NCBI GenBank assembly: GCA_000004985.1
Contig: GG738870.1
Direction: 5' to 3' (one strand)
Length of the DNA: 64,000 nt
Source of the DNA: Naegleria gruberi
Taxonomy: Eukaryota
Within the stretch, counting starts at the first letter, position 1; each line of letters starts with the position of its first letter. A program made the position numbers and the translations under genes. Under the pieces are notes generated by a model that saw nothing but the letters and a program-made list of their open reading frames with translations, ran no database searches and had not been told where the DNA came from. Below are positions 30,837 to 42,734 of this stretch, one piece after another.

Positions 30837-32900
30837 ATGCACTCAAGTTACTTCCTCAATCACAAGTCATCTAGGCCTAAGAATGATGATACGGAAGAAG
30901 ATGAAGACATTATTGTTGAATTATCAACAAAAAAAGACCAAAGAAAAGTTATCTTAACTGGGTCTAAGGAAGAAATAAATACATCTGAAGATGAAGTTGA
31001 AGAAGGATATTTATCGGATAGCTTAAAAGAGGTTGACTATCATAACTTGGAAGAACCATCTTTCATTGAAAATTCGGATGAAGAAGATATGGATCTCATA
31101 ACGATACAATCACTAAGGGAATCTCATCAGCAAAAATTAGACCAAGTGGAACGAGAATACCTCTCTCTTAGAGAAAAGAACAATATGTCAGTTGATGTGC
31201 ATAAAACAAGAAATGTTCGGATTAAAAACCCAATGAATTCATACAGAACAGTCACATTTAGTGACCAATTTGATGAGGAGCCAAGAAACTCTCCTAAATC
31301 TGACACTGAAGAAAGGGATTTCTCTCAAGTAAACAGAAGAGTATCTGAGATCATCAGTGAGGTCAGTTTGGACGACGATAATACCAGTGTCAGTTCTGAT
31401 GACACTGAGTTCAAACAAGATTACAAACACTATTTCAATGACCCAAGTTTACATAATCAATTGATTGATGAAGAGTCAGTAGAACGAGACTATAACTATA
31501 ATGATATTAGTGACACTTGTACAGTGATTTCGGATGTGTCAGAATTTGTAAAGGAAAGAGATGCCGAGGGACCAACAGAAAACATCGAACGTAAAAACAT
31601 CACTGTGCCTCTTCCATTCAAATTTGAGGACAGAGAGGCCAGAAAGCCTTTGGGCATTCATAGAAGGAAGATGGATGACTATATCAATAAGATTAAAATG
31701 GAAGAAGAACATCATCTCAACAAAAGATTCAAAGCAAATCCAGTTCCAAAATCAACAAAGACTCCTTTATATGAATCTGTAAGAATAAGGACTGAATTAC
31801 AGACAAAGCTGGAGAGAAAGGCTCTTGAGGAAATGACTAAAAAAATAATTAAGCCATTTTATTTTGCTGAGAGAGACGAAAGGAGGTCCAAACAATTAGA
31901 AGAAGAGAAAATACTAAAACAAGAGGAGCATTATATGAGATTTGAAAAAGGATTTGTGGCTAATCCAGGTTTGTTTCAAATTTTCCTATATTCTTACATC
32001 CAAAGTTCCCTCACATACTTTCAGACATATTTATACTATAAAACAAGAAAGAGAATCACAAAGGAGAAGTGAAAGAGTTCAAGAAAGATCCCAACGACTT
32101 CTTCGCCAATCCTCTCTCCCTCCTAGAATGGAAATGTGGAATAAGGTCGGAAAATCACAAGCTATATGTAAGTAATACTCCCTTTGAGATCCAATTTCTA
32201 AAATATGTAGCAAACCCATTAGAAAACGATTTAACATTACATCCAAAAATCAATCATAACGTTCCTGTAAGTATTAGGATAAATTTTATTCTAACAAGAT
32301 CAGGACTTTGACCATCTTCACCGAAAATTCCAAGAAACTCTGTATCTTGCAAAGAGAACTCAAAAGCTAACAGTTCCACAACCATTCAAGTTCAATAGTA
32401 CGTTAACTGAAAAAGATATGAAGAGAATTGCAGATGAGGTAGGATTAGATGATGTGGTTCTTCACGATTCAAGGTCAGACTGGGAAAAACAAGATTTCAA
32501 GGCAAAAATTTCAAAACGACCATCATCTGCAACCCAAAGCAGGCCTCAAAAGGATACCTTTGCAACTAGAATGAGAAATGAACAAATTAAAAAACAAATA
32601 GCTGAAAGAGAGGAAAGGAAAAAGGAATTGGAAACATTGAGAGGAAAGCAATTCAATCAACAACGAAAGATTTTCAACAGAGTGGCGCCAAATATTGACA
32701 AACAAGAAAACAAAGAGAATTTTTATGCCACTCTTTCGAATACTCAAAAAAGGAGAGAGAAAGATGCTCTCATTGATGCAAAACCCTATCTTTTCGAAAC
32801 CTCTTTGAAGAAGGAAGCTAAGGAGAAAGTCTATGAGGATCTGAAGAAAACTCTTTCAGAAAATGGAACAGCCTATTTATTATCCTCTCTTAAATTGTAA
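30837..32900 (+). CDS. TPX2/FAM161-family (FxAxPxP-motif) microtubule-associated protein-like; exons 30837..31968, 32006..32167 and 32299..32900
   Basis: The listed ORF starts at an upstream TTG; the first ATG is at 30837. A 37-nt intron (GTTTGT at 31969, AG at 32004-32005) restores FVANP|VPSHTF. A 131-nt intron (GTAAGT at 32168, AG at 32297-32298) joins the C-terminal ORF. Motifs FKANPVPKSTKTPLYES, KPFYFAERDERR, VPQPFKFNSTLTEKD. Confidence 0.5.
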
Positions 32901-32927
32901 CAAATTAAATTATTGTAAAATAAAAAA

Positions 32928-33308
32928 ATGAGCAAACAACAACCTGGTGACAATGAGGACAAGAACAAGACGGAGAGGAGAATGAAAAATTTATATAGAT
33001 GGTTAAATCCAAAAGAAACAAATGAATTTTTAAATTCCGATTTTGAAACTCCAAAAACTATTGCAAATGCAGAAAAGGATGCAAAACTTTTTCCTACTGA
33101 ATTAGAAATTTTAGATAGAGCAAAATTAATTGAAAAAAATCAAGTTGATGATGAAGAATTATACTCCTTCAGTTCTCAATTTGGACCAATTAGTAGATTA
33201 ACAAAAGATCAAAAGAAGGATATTTTAAAATTAATTGAAAAGAATAGAATTGATATTCCAATAGAATACAAGACATATTTAACAGATTTAATCGATGAAG
33301 ATATTTAG
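32928..33308 (+). CDS. hypothetical small protein (126 aa)
   Basis: Single ORF with the local codon usage. No domain recognised. Confidence 0.35.
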   Translation: MSKQQPGDNEDKNKTERRMKNLYRWLNPKETNEFLNSDFETPKTIANAEKDAKLFPTELEILDRAKLIEKNQVDDEELYSFSSQFGPISRLTKDQKKDILKLIEKNRIDIPIEYKTYLTDLIDEDI

Positions 33309-33316
33309 TTTACAAA

Positions 33317-33778
33317 TTAATATGAAAAATCTTCATCTGATTCACCACAACGCAGCTTCTTTCCGAAAACTCTTCCAACGAAAAAGATAAAGGTTGCAAT
33401 ACAAGCAAACAAGGAATGTAAGAATGGAGCAACTGCACACCAAGCCATTTTCTTATTGACGTCAACAAGATCAACAATCATAATAACTGATCCACTAATA
33501 ACACCTCCAAAAACAATAAATAATCCAAAGAATAACCATGCCCTAGCAAAGTAAACTACTTTGACATCATGTTCATGATCGGAATCCAAAAATAAATTAT
33601 CTTTTGGAACAACATTCACCAGTATAAACCCAATAGCGCAAATTATTGTTGGGATCCAATTTACAAATGTTGATTCACTTCCTTGAATTAATTGAGCATC
33701 CAAAACCACAAGATAAGCAACAGCAATTAAAAAACCTGTCAGGTAGGCCCAGGTTGTCTGTGGTACTTTAATTTGCAT
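33317..33778 (-). CDS. hypothetical small membrane protein with 4 predicted TM helices
   Basis: Four hydrophobic segments of 20 aa or more (AYLTGFLIAVAYLVVL, IICAIGFILVNVV, WLFFGLFIVFGGVISGSVIMIV, FLHSLFACIATFIFFVG). Confidence 0.4.
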   Translation of the reverse strand: MQIKVPQTTWAYLTGFLIAVAYLVVLDAQLIQGSESTFVNWIPTIICAIGFILVNVVPKDNLFLDSDHEHDVKVVYFARAWLFFGLFIVFGGVISGSVIMIVDLVDVNKKMAWCAVAPFLHSLFACIATFIFFVGRVFGKKLRCGESDEDFSY

Positions 33779-33909
33779 TTTTTTAATTAAATTTGTTTTC
33801 GAAAAAGAGTTTTATTAGAAGGACTTGTTTGGGAAGTAACATTTGTACAACCTTCCAATTACTATCTAATATCTTAATACATATTGTTGTACAAGGTTTA
33901 TTTATTTAT

Positions 33910-34571
33910 TTAAATTTCTCTTTTAACTTCGAACCACATTCTCAAAACATAGATTTGAACACCTGAAAGACAAACTAACAAAAAGATGGAGAATAAATTG
34001 TAATAGGTAACTCTTTCGTTTGTAGCTTCACAAATATTTCTATGAGTAGCTTCTCTAGCACGGAATTCTTGTTGTTCATTTTGAATATGGCTTAATCCTT
34101 CAGATAATTTTTGAATTGTTTGTTCAACTGGTGAAAGATGTTCCAATTTGGCAATATTAGTGTCCACAAAATCACCAATAGAAATATGGAATGAAACAGT
34201 CTTTGGTGTAAGAGTAGAAATCTTATTAGAGAAACAAAACTTGTAAGTTCCTTTCTTATCAGCATTAATAGAAAACTTTCCTTCCGATTCTCTTTCTTGT
34301 TGATGCAAAATTTCTCCATCAGGATCAAAAACTCTAAATAAATTAATATTTCCATTAATCCAATTACTAAAACCTACACTAAATCGATATCTAAAAATCC
34401 TCCTTTAATTACTTGATATTTTAATGACAATTTTGATGGCTTATCCAATGTTTCAAAAAGGCATCGTTCCTCAGCCGGATCCAATGTATAAGTTAAAGCA
34501 TTTGTATGTTGAATAAGAATAGAAACAATGATCAACAGAGTTGCCATCAAGCAACAGGAACTGACTTTCAT
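33910..34571 (-). CDS. p24/emp24 (TMED) cargo receptor with a GOLD domain; exons 34571..34378 and 34333..33910
   Basis: Signal peptide plus LTYTLDPAEERCLFE...YQVIKGGFLDIDL. 44-nt intron (GTAGGT, revcomp of ACCTAC at 34372-34377). Then VVFDPDGEILHQQERESEGKFS...KFCFSN, coiled coil, a TM segment and a C-terminal basic tail. Collinear with TMED10 (GGHLDIDFHLTSPEG...YMFCFDN). Confidence 0.75.
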
Positions 34572-34829
34572 TGTATGATCGTGATGATGAAAGGCTAATT
34601 TTTTTAAAAAATTAAAAATTAAAAAAATTAAAGGTGATGTAATGCTGTACAGATCACTACCAGGCTATTTTCATCCGATATCGAGATGAAACAGCTTGAT
34701 TTTATTATGGTGTTCTATGGTACATGGAATATAATTACACTATAGTTTACTACAGCTCTTAGAATTTTCATCACCACAAATATAGACAATTTTGATAGAG
34801 AACCTTTTCAAAAAAAATACACATTCATT

Positions 34830-35816
34830 GTGCACTGCATTCTCCCAATTTCAAAATTTATCATTAAAATGTCATGCTGTTGTAAGAAGGATTCATCACT
34901 TGCTGAATTGATTGTTTTTGGTGGTTTTGGTATCGGAACTATTCTTGCTACTTTGTTATTGAAGAAGGAAAAGAAACCACAACCAATTGTTGAAACTCCT
35001 ACTACTATTGAATCATTCTATCCATTCATTTGTGAAAGAATTCAAGTTGTTGCTTCCAAGTTAGGAGTTTCTGCAGATGATATCTATCAAGTTCTTCCTC
35101 ATTTACAAGCTGGTTCTTCAATTTCAATTAATGAACCAGAAAATGGATTGAATCTTGCTAAATATATTGACCATACCATTTTGAAGGCTAATGCAAAGCA
35201 AAGTGAAGTTGAACAGTTGTGTAAAGAAGCTTTGGATAATCAATTTGCTGCTGTTTGTGTTAATGCATCAAATGTTGCTCTTTGTAAAACATTATTAGAA
35301 AATTCTAATATTAAGATTGCTTCAGTTGTTGGTTTCCCACTTGGCGCTACTACTACAGAAACTAAGGTATTCGAAACTAGACAAGCTATCGATCTTGGAG
35401 CTCATGAAATTGACGTTGTTATTAATGTTGGAAAATTATTGGATGGTGATTATCAATACATGTTTAATGAAATGAAACAAGTTGCAGATGCTTGTATTGA
35501 AAAGAATGCAGTTTTGAAGGTCATTTTAGAATGTTGTTTGTTGGATAAGAATTTGATTGCTGATGCCTCAATCATTTGCATGTTGGCTAAATGTCACTTT
35601 GTTAAAACTAGTACTGGTTTCAGCACTTCTGGAGCTAAATTGGAAGATTGTAAATTGATGAAAGCAATCTGTGGTAATGTTGGTCAAGTTAAGGCTGCAG
35701 GTGGTATTAGAGATAAGGAAGCTGCTGTTAAATTCATCAATGAAAGTAAGATTGCTAGAATTGGTACTAGCAGTGGTATTAGTATTATCAATTCTGGACA
35801 AGCAACTGGATATTAA
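34830..35816 (+). CDS. DERA: deoxyribose-phosphate aldolase (DERA/DeoC) with an N-terminal extension containing a hydrophobic segment
   Basis: AAVCVNASNV, VVGFPLGATTTETKVFETRQAIDLGAHEIDVVINVG, FVKTSTGFSTSGAKLEDCKLM (catalytic Lys region), AAGGIRDKEAAVKFI. N-terminal MSCCCKK...LAELIVFGGFGIGTILATLLL. Confidence 0.75.
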   Translation: MHCILPISKFIIKMSCCCKKDSSLAELIVFGGFGIGTILATLLLKKEKKPQPIVETPTTIESFYPFICERIQVVASKLGVSADDIYQVLPHLQAGSSISINEPENGLNLAKYIDHTILKANAKQSEVEQLCKEALDNQFAAVCVNASNVALCKTLLENSNIKIASVVGFPLGATTTETKVFETRQAIDLGAHEIDVVINVGKLLDGDYQYMFNEMKQVADACIEKNAVLKVILECCLLDKNLIADASIICMLAKCHFVKTSTGFSTSGAKLEDCKLMKAICGNVGQVKAAGGIRDKEAAVKFINESKIARIGTSSGISIINSGQATGY

Positions 35817-35827
35817 AATAATATTTA

Positions 35828-37534
35828 TTACTTATCATATGACTTTTGAATGGTCAATCTTAATTTATAACAAACATCCCATTTATCCAGTGATAGTAAC
35901 ATATTTGAAATACCAGCATGTTGTTGTAATACTTTGAAATTTGAAGGTTTACAAATACCAACAAGAATACTCTTCAATGGAGAGTATAATGGGAATGAAT
36001 TTTGAATTTGGGAAAATATTTGGAATGCCTTTCCTAACTCATTTCTTTGTAATAGTGTATTACCCAACTCGAATAATAAATTAATATCTCTTGAACCACA
36101 GTTTGATTCATGGTTAATTGAATCATAAAGTAATACCTCCTTTTTCATTACTTCAATTTCTCCTGTAAAACCAAAATTACAAATAATTAAATATTCCACA
36201 AATGGTTCCAAGTAGGTACCCTTAGCTTTTGTTTTAAAGTTATCTAAAGAAATTTTAAAATTATGCTTATCCAAAATCAAGTTATCATGTTGAAGTTTAA
36301 CCAGCTCCGTCCTCAAATTGTTGATTACTAAAGCTTGTTCTCTGTTACTACTTGGTAATCTTGAATTGAAAATAGATTCCTTAGAAATATCATCCAAATC
36401 TACAAGTAAATATCCAGATGGTATATATGATAAATGATTATTTCCTTTAAATTCCTTTCTCAAAAAATTCATTACTGTTTCATTACTTTTCAAATCATCT
36501 TTTGAAATAATTTGTCTCTTATAAAGATCCATAATAAAACTTGATAAAAAGAATGATTCCGAGTTGGCATTTGGATTTTCATACTTATTTTCTAATTTTC
36601 TCATATATTCCTTTTCTTCTTGTGTTATTTCAATTCCTCTTTGAATCTTTTCTAAACTTTCTCCAATTCTATTTTCATAATCATTTTGTAATTTTGATAA
36701 TATTAAATTTCTATTATTTAAATTTTGAATAGTATTTTGAATATCTTTAATAGTCAAATTAACATCAAGTTCTTCTGCTATTTTAATTGTATTAATAAAT
36801 CCAGATAATTGAATTGATACATCTTCAAATTTTTCATTCTTTAAAATTTCTTCAACACTTTCATTTCCATTGATAGAAGTAAATTTAAATCCATTTTCAA
36901 GTAATTCTTTAATTGAATTTTTTACAGTTTCAATATCACTTGATTGAATTACATTTTTATCACATTTTAAAACACAATAAATTAAACTTGTTAATTCTGA
37001 TAATAATTTTGAATTTCCTGCTTTTTTACATTCTTTAGAAAATTGTTCAATAATTGATGGTAAATAATTTCTCAATAATTCAACACCATCCCTATTATTT
37101 AATTTCAACCATTTCATTATATTTGAAATCTTTTCATGATCCATTTCATTTAAATTATCTAAAATATTCTTTAAAGAATCTGTTTCTTTAATATTTTGTA
37201 AATAATAAATTAATAAAGCAATAGCAATTAGTGAAAACCCAATCAATGTTCCATTTGAAATATATTTCAACTCCTTTACATGATGTTTTTCAATTAATTT
37301 ATAAAATTGAACTTCATTAAATTTTAAATTTTCTTGAACATTTTGAGGAATTTTAATATTTGGTAAAATAGGCTTTGTGATTTGATTTTCATTTTCTTTA
37401 AAATTATTCACGGATTGATGAAATCTTCTTAAAATATTATTAGGAGTTTTAAACACGTGTTCACCTCCAAAAAGATAATATTTTCTTCTCAGTACTTTCA
37501 TCGGAGATGTTGTTGTTGGCAAGCCTTTCAGCAT
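35828..37534 (-). CDS. hypothetical protein (568 aa) with one TM-like segment and coiled-coil regions
   Basis: Long single ORF. Hydrophobic FSLIAIALLIYYL. No domain recognised. Confidence 0.4.
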   Translation of the reverse strand: MLKGLPTTTSPMKVLRRKYYLFGGEHVFKTPNNILRRFHQSVNNFKENENQITKPILPNIKIPQNVQENLKFNEVQFYKLIEKHHVKELKYISNGTLIGFSLIAIALLIYYLQNIKETDSLKNILDNLNEMDHEKISNIMKWLKLNNRDGVELLRNYLPSIIEQFSKECKKAGNSKLLSELTSLIYCVLKCDKNVIQSSDIETVKNSIKELLENGFKFTSINGNESVEEILKNEKFEDVSIQLSGFINTIKIAEELDVNLTIKDIQNTIQNLNNRNLILSKLQNDYENRIGESLEKIQRGIEITQEEKEYMRKLENKYENPNANSESFFLSSFIMDLYKRQIISKDDLKSNETVMNFLRKEFKGNNHLSYIPSGYLLVDLDDISKESIFNSRLPSSNREQALVINNLRTELVKLQHDNLILDKHNFKISLDNFKTKAKGTYLEPFVEYLIICNFGFTGEIEVMKKEVLLYDSINHESNCGSRDINLLFELGNTLLQRNELGKAFQIFSQIQNSFPLYSPLKSILVGICKPSNFKVLQQHAGISNMLLSLDKWDVCYKLRLTIQKSYDK

Positions 37535-37753
37535 TTTTTATTATCATTAATTAAAAAAATCTATTTTTACACAACAATTTAGCACTTAGTCCTCCACGTT
37601 AAATGTTGTGTCCTCCACCAAGCGTTTTTTGGCTAGGACAGTTGACAAACTCAATAGATTTCTTGGCAATAACCTTGAAAAACATTTAACGTTGGCTCAG
37701 CACAGCCACGGTAAAGTTTGATAGGCTGCTAATTTGTGGTGAAAAGAAAAAAA

Positions 37754-38263
37754 ATGAAAATTTCATCATCAATTGTTTTTATTGTTTTGGTTGCATTGAT
37801 TGCCTTGTCATCCTATTGTTTTGCTGAAGAAGTAGCTATGGGTGCTGCTGATAGTCCAAATATGCAAATGAATGATCAAAAAGATATTGCTAGAATTGAA
37901 GTAAGTTTTCCGATCATTGATTTCAAACAAATCGTCCTTTCATTATTATAAATTCATTTAATGTTAATAATTAACGTGTGAAATCATTTTAATGATGTGC
38001 ATCACTCTCCATTAATTTGATAAATGATGTAGACTTGTGTTGGAGCATGTTTAAAGAAATATCAAGGTGCTTTTGAATTTATTTCTCAAAAATCAATGAG
38101 AATGTCTGGATTACAAGTTCTTTTTATTGGACAATATCCAAAACTTATTCTCTACACTGCTGAGCATGAAACTAAGGAAGAAATTGATATCAGAGACAAG
38201 TCAGCTCAAGAAATTGAAGAAATTCTTATTAAAGCAGGTTGTAGATTTAGAAAAATGAATTAA
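37754..38263 (+). CDS. SelM/Sep15-family thioredoxin-like ER protein, Cys-containing form; exons 37754..37900 and 38033..38263
   Basis: Signal peptide (MKISSSIVFIVLVALIALSSYCFA). GTAAGT at 37901, AG at 38031-38032. The junction ARIE|TCVGACL lies within ...DIARIETCVGACLKKYQGAFEFISQKSMRMSGLQVLFIGQYPKLILYTAEHETKEEIDIRDKSAQEIEEILIKAGCRFRK, collinear with mammalian SelM [26 protein letters not shown]...[38 protein letters not shown]. Confidence 0.6.
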
Positions 38264-41200
38264 ACATCTCTCAATTCTGTTACTGCAGAATTATTTGTTT
38301 CCATTGGTGGTTTCTTTGTTGTGTTATTCTTCTTTTTCTTTGAGGTGTCATACATTTTCAATTTTTGATAATAGTCAGGCCATACCAAGTATTTGATACC
38401 ATAGAAAAATAAATCAAAAGCAAGAGGAGTTACAACACATAAAATGTGAACTAACCAAAATCTAGCAGATTGTACAACTGTATACCAAACATAATAAGTT
38501 TGATTGGCAGTACCACCAACTGATTGAATACCTGCATAAGCAAATGCAAATGCATAATATGTTAAGAAAGAGAATGCCATACATAAATGGTGAAGAATTG
38601 TGAAATTTTCCATCTCCAAGTAACATTTGAGATTAACAACACAAAATACGCATGAACAGACAAGTGTTGAAACAGACCAAAGACCATCATCTTGACCTGT
38701 TGTTAAAATGCCTGCTTCATTGGCATAAATAACAAAGAAGAAGATTATGGTTGCGTGAATAATAGCTCCAAGAATCCACTTGATAAAAGTATACCAATTG
38801 AAAATATAATCCTTTCTCAAATTGGTATAAAGTACTGGACCAATTGTAGAATCTTCCAAATATTCTTCCTTGATATCCTTTTCTAAAAGTCCAAATACAA
38901 ATGGATTTAACAATGTAAATACCAAGTTATAGAAGGTAAGAACGTAACTGTCAACAAGTGTTTGACCAGAGTACATGGTATAGAAAGTGAAATAAACTTG
39001 AATAAATGTAATGACAATATTCTTATAGAAAGAATATTGAATGAATTGAGCTGATCTCTTGAATGAATATCTACCGTGAGTAACTAATAAACGTTTAAGC
39101 ATAAAGAATTTTGGAATGGCATAATCGGAAGATAATTTAGCTTGAGAACCTTCTTTACCCATAACACCAACACCAACTTTAGCTTTTTGAATCATTGGAA
39201 CATCGTTAGCACCATCACCAATAGCCAAACCATTCTTACCAAGTTTCTTCTTTGCTAAATCTACAAGCATTGACTTTTGTTTTGGAGTAGCACGACAACA
39301 AATTACTGTTTTACATTTCTTAATCAAATTAATAAAGAACTTTTGAGATTTGGTTTCCATACAGTGTGTGAATGCATGTCCATCAAGAACGAGAGCTACA
39401 TTCTTCTTTTGGAATTCATTTAACTTTTCAATATTAGCTAAATGTGCTAAAATGGCAGATGCACTAGTATCATCATCATGAATAGATCCATCATCTCCAT
39501 CTAAAGTAAATGTTTGGGAATCAGAATCTAAAAAGTTAGACATTTGAGCAATATTAACAGCTGTTTCTCTCTTATCACCAGTAAGTAACCAAAGTTGAAG
39601 ACCAGAATCTAAGAAAAATTTGATAGTTTCAGGAACAAAAGGTTGCAATCTATCTTCAATAGCAGTAGCACCAGTAATTAAAAGATCCTTTTCAATTTCT
39701 AATTCTGCTGATTCAATAGCTTGCTTTCTCTTCTTTGAAAGGAGAGATTTGGCAGCATTATATCTAGTGATCCAATCATTAAATTGAGAAGCAGGAATAA
39801 ACTTATAAGCCAAGAGTAAAGTTCTCAAACCATCTCTAGCAAAATTAAGAATATGTTCATCCAATCTTGGTTTCAATTGTTTGCTATTGTTTGGTTCAAT
39901 AAAAGGGAACAAGAAACTGTCAGCACCCTTTGAATAACAAACATAAATACCTTGTGGACCATTAACTTCTTGAGATGGAATACCTTGTAATAAAGCCATT
40001 CTCTTAAAGGCAGGGAAATCATTCAAAAAATCAGCTGGAATAAGGAAGAATGTAGACATTCTCTTTCTATCTGGTGTGAATGGAATTTCTGTTTCTCTTT
40101 CAAAAGTGTATTCCTTGTCAAAGATTTTAACAACTGTCTTTTTTTCAGAGTAAAATTTGAGGGTAAAATTATTATTGACAGCACCCAAAACGAGGGCAAC
40201 TTCATCAACACTTTCACCTTCATAGAATGATTTACTCTCACCACTTCCATTATGTATTGGTTTTTCTCTTAGGGAAACATTATGGCAAAGTGCAAGGAGA
40301 AGGAAAACATTCATACCTAGGAAGAATTCATTCTCATTAGAGAATGCCAATTTTCTATCTGAAATAACAGAATCAATTTCAGCTTGAGAAATTTCTTTAG
40401 ACATTCTATGCTTTTTCATTTGATTATAATCTTTCAATTGTTCCAAGACTCTACCAACATGTCCTTTGGTTTGATAATCATCATGAACATAATCATGTCC
40501 AATACAACACTTATTGAAAACCATAGAGTTTTCTGTAAGTGTTCCTGTCTTATCTGAGAAAATAATATCAACTTGGGATAAATCAGCGTTAAGGTCACTG
40601 GAAATTGAAATAGAGTTGATAAAGACCTTACGATCTGGATCATGAGGATCAGTATCATAAATAGCCATTTGATTGTCCATTGTAATAAACCAAGCTTGAA
40701 TCATTTTGACAAATTCCAAAGAAACAAACAATGAAACTGGAATTAACATGTTAAGCAAAATGAAATAAGTAAGGAATGAAAGGACAACATATGCAGCATC
40801 TGTAATATTTGACTTTGGTTTACCAGTGTAAGGAGAAATTCTAGCCAAAGTAAATTCCTTATATGAACCCAAACCAACAAAGATTAAGCAGAAAATAATT
40901 TGAATAGTAAATAAAGCTCCAATGAAATAGTTCAACATGGAATTAACAAAACTGAATTTGACCTTTCCTTTTTGCATATTCTTCATAATCTTAGTATCAG
41001 GACCAGAATAAATGACAATACCATAAATATGTTGTGTTGATCTAAGAATTGATCCTTTCAATAAAAGATTTTGATGAGATAATGGAATTTCTGGACCTAA
41101 TCCATCTATTTTGATAGAACCTTTAAATTTGTATAATTGTTCACTAGGTGGTTGACAATCAACAATTCCTTTCATATCTGCTAACTTTTCTGGAGTGCTA

Positions 41201-42107
41201 AATACTGATAAACCCTTTGGACAATATCTTGCTTTCAAATTAGTTTCACCATCAAGGTTTGCTGTTTCAATTTTACAACTACCATCTTCAAAATTTGATG
41301 AAATAAGTAAAATATCAGCAGGGAAAGCATAATCTTCCTCAACTTTAACAATATCACCAACTCTAACATCACAAGTATCAATTCTCTTAATTTCCTTTCC
41401 TCTTATCACATATGCCGCTGTTTTGTTCACTTTTCTGTCATTTAAATAACGCAGAAAATCTTCACCTCCTTCTCTAACCATATTAACACCGAGAATGAAA
41501 ATGACAGGAAGAACAGAAGTTACTGGAGTTGTAGGACTGACATCTGGAATAAAAGCGAAAATCATAATAACAATAAAATAAATATTACCAATTTTCTTAA
41601 ATTGGTAAAGTAAATTCAAAAATAAAAAGTTCCACCAAGTATACTAAAAAGATCTCAATAGTAAACTCTTTGAATCAATTAAATATTACCTACCTTCGTT
41701 GTACTAATATAATTAGTTGGAAATCTTTGTCTCTTAATACCAAGAAACCATTTCTTCTTTTCTAAACGATTCACCTCCCAATCATTAATTTGAATTTTAT
41801 GTTTATCCTCCTCTTCCTCAACAGGTGTTGGCGTTGTTTGATTTGGTTGATCTTGTGTATTGGTCGGTTCTTGTTGGGTTGGTTCTTCTTGATTAGATTG
41901 ATCGTTTGTTTCTTCTGTTTTTCCAATAACAATAACTTGATCTGTAGGTTCCATGAAAATGCTGGAATCAACTGAAGTATAAGCTCTGCACTTACTCATT
42001 TCTGTACTTCCCTGTCTCTCAAGTTCGTGATTGACAGATCTAAAACTTGTGCTAATTCCCGATGGGGATGCAATATTCTGGCCTTGTTGGGCCGAATAGA
42101 AACTCAT
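38260..42107 (-). CDS. P4-type ATPase (phospholipid flippase, Drs2/ATP8-like); exons 42107..41694 and 41643..38260
   Basis: Exon 1 ends ...RQRFPTNYISTTK. 50-nt intron (GTAGGT). Exon 2 begins YTWWNFLFLNLLYQFKKIGNIYF. DKTGTLTEN phosphorylation site, TGDK, GDGANDV, 10 TM segments. Confidence 0.85.
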
Positions 42108-42734
42108 TTTGAAATAAATAGAAAGTTTTTTAATGTTTAATTGGAGATTGTATAAAATTGTTGAAAATTAAAAGCGTTCTTAATTAAACGTTTTTAATTT
42201 TTCGCAATATAATAACAAATCTCGCCTCTTCAAAAAACTATTTATCCTCTCCAGATGAGTGATGATGACAATATCGGCTGCTGATGTAAAAATCTACGCA
42301 CGCGGTGCAGGCAAAATGTTTTTGCGTATTTTTTTTGAAAATGGGTAATGTCGTTGGGAGTGTTTGGTTGTGAGGCTTGGAGCAGACTTGTTTTCTAAAT
42401 AATCAAGTTTTGAACGTTGGGCAACATTCATGTTCACTATCCACAAACTTTTACTCTATGGGTAGTTGTTCAATCAACGACTTGTTGCTGACTTTGTATG
42501 AAAATTGGTGTAAGCAGAGTTCGTAAACATCGAGTCGTTGCTGATCTGAAGTGTTAACGATTGCGATTGAAGTTAAAAGGGAGTCGGAATTCTATTGGTT
42601 AAATGATCCTCTCCATTTCAAATTGGAAAGGAAATCAGCAAATTCATCTTGGCGCTTTTTATTAATACTTTTGGAAGTTTATTTACAGTGCAACTTTAAA
42701 CATTCCTTTTAATGGATATTAAATAATTGTGAGT

